A DNA stretch of 64,000 nucleotides. Source: Balanoglossus misakiensis (Eukaryota > Animalia > Hemichordata). The first letter of the stretch is position 1. Every line of letters starts with the position of its first letter. Made by a program: the position numbers and the translations under genes. Below, one piece after another: positions 26,458-64,000 of the stretch. The notes below the pieces were generated by a model. That model saw only the letters and a list, made by a program, of their open reading frames with translations. It was not told the origin of the DNA and made no database searches. The DNA lies in the NCBI GenBank assembly GCA_040954595.2, contig CM082576.2, positions 4,810,760-4,874,759 on the forward strand. The letters run 5' to 3'.

Positions 26458-27173
26458 ACCGTTTAGATGTTTTGGGTGTGACAAGCACAATACCATTGGT
26501 ACAATCGTCGCAGTCTTTGCAAATTCGGCATGGATCAGCATGCCAATGCAGACGACGTTTACAGACGGATCCATTCCAAGTGGCTTACCTGTCAACGGAT
26601 TTGAAGTAACTAGAGTTCGTTTTGTCTGTGAAAAGACTGTCTTCCAGATCAACAACCACGCAGTTTTTCACTTCAAAGTTCCTATCTCTGGAAGACGTAC
26701 TGTAAAGAATGAAATTTTATCATCCTGTCAGACTAGAAATGTAAACAGCACTAGCTTCTGTCGTAAAATAGTGATATTAGTCGCAAAGGTAAAATTATAT
26801 TATTTGGTGAAAAGACTGTTTGAAAATTAAATATCATTGATAAGACATTCAATCCAAGGCTTATACATATATCTGGAGAAATTAACGTATGCGATGTACG
26901 CGTACAGTAGTATTTGCCCTGGGAAGAGCTGCTGGTGTACATACGTGTGTATGACGGGTCGACCATTTTACGGCAGAACTGTGATGATTATAATTCAGAG
27001 GTGTGGTAGTAATACCGCCAAATTAAAGGTCGAGCAATACTCTTTTCAATTATTTTAGAAAAATGTTATTTTTTGCACAAATTATTAATAAAGGGTAAAG
27101 AAGTGATATTTTATGACATGTATTATGGTCATTTGGTTTCATAGTGTGAAGCGACCGCGGCGGTATGTAAGAA

Positions 27174-27255
27174 GACGAGGTGGCCGAGTGGTTAAGGCGA
27201 TGGACTGCTAATCCATTGTGCTCTGCACGCGTGGGTTCGAATCCCATCCTCGTCG
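27174..27255 (+). tRNA. tRNA-Ser-GCT: tRNA-Ser (anticodon GCT)
   Basis: 82-nt GACGAGGTGGCCGAGTGGTTAAGGCGATGGACTGCTAATCCATTGTGCTCTGCACGCGTGGGTTCGAATCCCATCCTCGTCG: acceptor stem GACGAGG/CCTCGTC, A box, long variable arm, B box GGTTCGAATCC, followed by a T-run Pol III terminator. Confidence 0.98.
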
Positions 27256-29213
27256 CCATTGTTTTTTCTTTCCTTTCCCAATCATGGATTTTGTTTTTTA
27301 TCCATTTATGAGGCTTTCTAGGTTTTTTGATTTCTCTTATAAATAAAAATCATTGTTTCATTTTTCAATAATAATTTTTTTACAAGACCCTGACAAGGGT
27401 GTACCATTTCTTTTCATGAGTCAGTGATATAGAAAGATGCCATAACCTATAAACATTTCACCAGCTATTTTGTAAAAATGTCATAAACTTTGTTGTCAAT
27501 TTGGAAGTTGAAATGTGCAGGAAACAGTCACAGAGATAATCTGAAATACGGTTTCTCTTTGATCATAAAAAGATGCCACTTTTATTTCTCATTCATTGAA
27601 ATAAATCACAAATCAAAATCATGCTTGATAAATTCAGCAATATAGAAATATAGAGACTGAACAAAAATTATCTGCAAGCATTCTGAAGAAAAATTATGTA
27701 TAAATATCGCATCAAAATCTACAGCAAGAAATTATTTTTGACATATTTTATAAAATGACTCCTTTCCTGCAGACGAAGCCACTACCTGAGATGGCTAACT
27801 GGCATAGAGATGAAAGTTCTAACTGCCAAGGTGATGTGCTGTGGTTTTGTAACATGGTGATAAAATTTCCATTAAAAGTAGCAAAAGTCTCTTTTGAGAC
27901 TAAAACAGTTGAAAATGCTCTTTTTTTCTGTTAACTTACTGTATTATGGAGAAACTTACTGTACAAATTTTTAAAAAGTCATACATTTCAGAGCAGTCAG
28001 AATTGTGAAAAGTTTACTAACTATCCTTTGATCATCACTTTTTTTCATCATTATTTCTCTGATTACCTGTAAATTTATGGCAAAATTAAGTGATATTATA
28101 CCAGAAATACGTAAGATCATTGGCACTGTATTAGACATGTAATACTTAACTCTTAAAAGGTGTCAGGTTATATAGATCTGATCTGGGCTTTACATAACTT
28201 AGCTGGGTAGGGGATGAAAAATGAAGGACGCTGCTGGTAACCTATACTGTAATAATTTTAAAAGTAAAATATTGAAAAATTTAAAGAATTCTGATTTTCT
28301 AACTATGAATGGTCTACATCACCTCTTCTCTTCATTCACTGCTGAGGATATAAACTAATTTCCAACAATATAGAAAGAAATATTTACATTCAAAAGTTAT
28401 CAAACTTGCAAACTAAAAAGAGTTTCATTATCTGTGCTGTAAATGCAGTAAATCATACGAAACTTTCACTGTGGAGTTTTTCTCAAAATCTCCCAGCATG
28501 TCTAATCATGAAATCTCTTCCCCACTCACTTCCTTATCACCTTCTTATCCTTTTACCTGACAATATCATTTTCCTCAAATCAGCATAAACATGACAGAAC
28601 AGATTCACTCTCATCTCTGTAAATAGTTACAAATCAACTCTGGTACTAAAAGATAGATCATAGGTGGCTGAATAAAGGCAAACAGGTTTACACATCTGAT
28701 AAGCAGAAAGAAGGAACTTGACTTTCTATCTCTCTCGTACTCTTCAATATACATATACCGGTATATTTACATTAAGTTCACATGTGAAAAAACTAACATA
28801 GTGCAATATTAAATTGACAATGTACATACTTTGCTGTTTTCTGAAGAACTTATCAGCAGAAACTGACAAAAAACTCAAATAATCATAATTTCTGTTGGTG
28901 ATTGACCTTAAAGTTTAAATTTATAGATTTTAATAATCAGCTGGTTTGATAACATGCCATTGTTACTGATTTCTGATTGTATTCATTTCCTAAATAAATT
29001 GTACTTTGATTCAGTACTATATCAAATGTTCTGCCTTCTATAATGATAGAATTAATGGAAATCACACCATACAATTTATATTTCTTGTAAGATGGGGAAT
29101 CATCACCGATTACTGTTCAAATTAAACTTACCAATTGTTTCATGAGAGTCAAATATGCCATGATTGTTTTTACAGGCATAATTTGCATAAAAGATCTTAA
29201 GTCATTGCTAGAA

Positions 29214-63798
<34,585 letters not shown>

Positions 63799-64000
63799 GT
63801 AAGTGTCATTCTCTGAGGGGGTGGGGGAGGGGGTCATATTCCTTAGAGAATGGAACGAGTCACTTATCCACATTGCAGCACATCTCTGAAAGAGTTGCAC
63901 CATCTGTGGTATATAACCCATCTCTCTAACACAGTCACACATCCATAGCACAGCACATATGTGTATTAAACAGTCACATGTCCACACAAAGCACATCTAT

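Noticed and set aside
27050-27259. 69-aa - strand ORF (MATRMGFEPTRAEHNGLAVH...)
   Set aside because: Antisense reading of the tRNA-Ser gene

Overview
Intron-rich animal DNA, probably a marine invertebrate (inferred from gene structure and composition; taxon cannot be fixed from sequence). The right half holds the cytoplasmic dynein-1 heavy chain gene (DYNC1H1, + strand, ATG 35432, about 72 exons visible, running off the right edge). It lies head-to-head with DZANK1 (- strand, 16 coding exons, ATG 34970), and the start codons are only about 460 bp apart. DZANK1 is a reported dynein-1-associated factor, so this looks like a functional bidirectional gene pair. The left half holds an apparently intact 6.06-kb DDE DNA transposon (11033-17096; 14-bp TIRs, 7-bp TSD, 1260-aa hAT-like ORF), a tRNA-Ser(GCT), a probable first coding exon of an unidentified - strand gene leaving the left edge, and a chain of apparently non-coding - strand exons. 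Two non-autonomous elements sit in dynein introns; one is inserted into the TA of a 5' splice site. The octamer TACATGTA, which matches a Tc1-type excision footprint, is far more frequent than expected. Exon coordinates were read by eye and may be off by a few bases.
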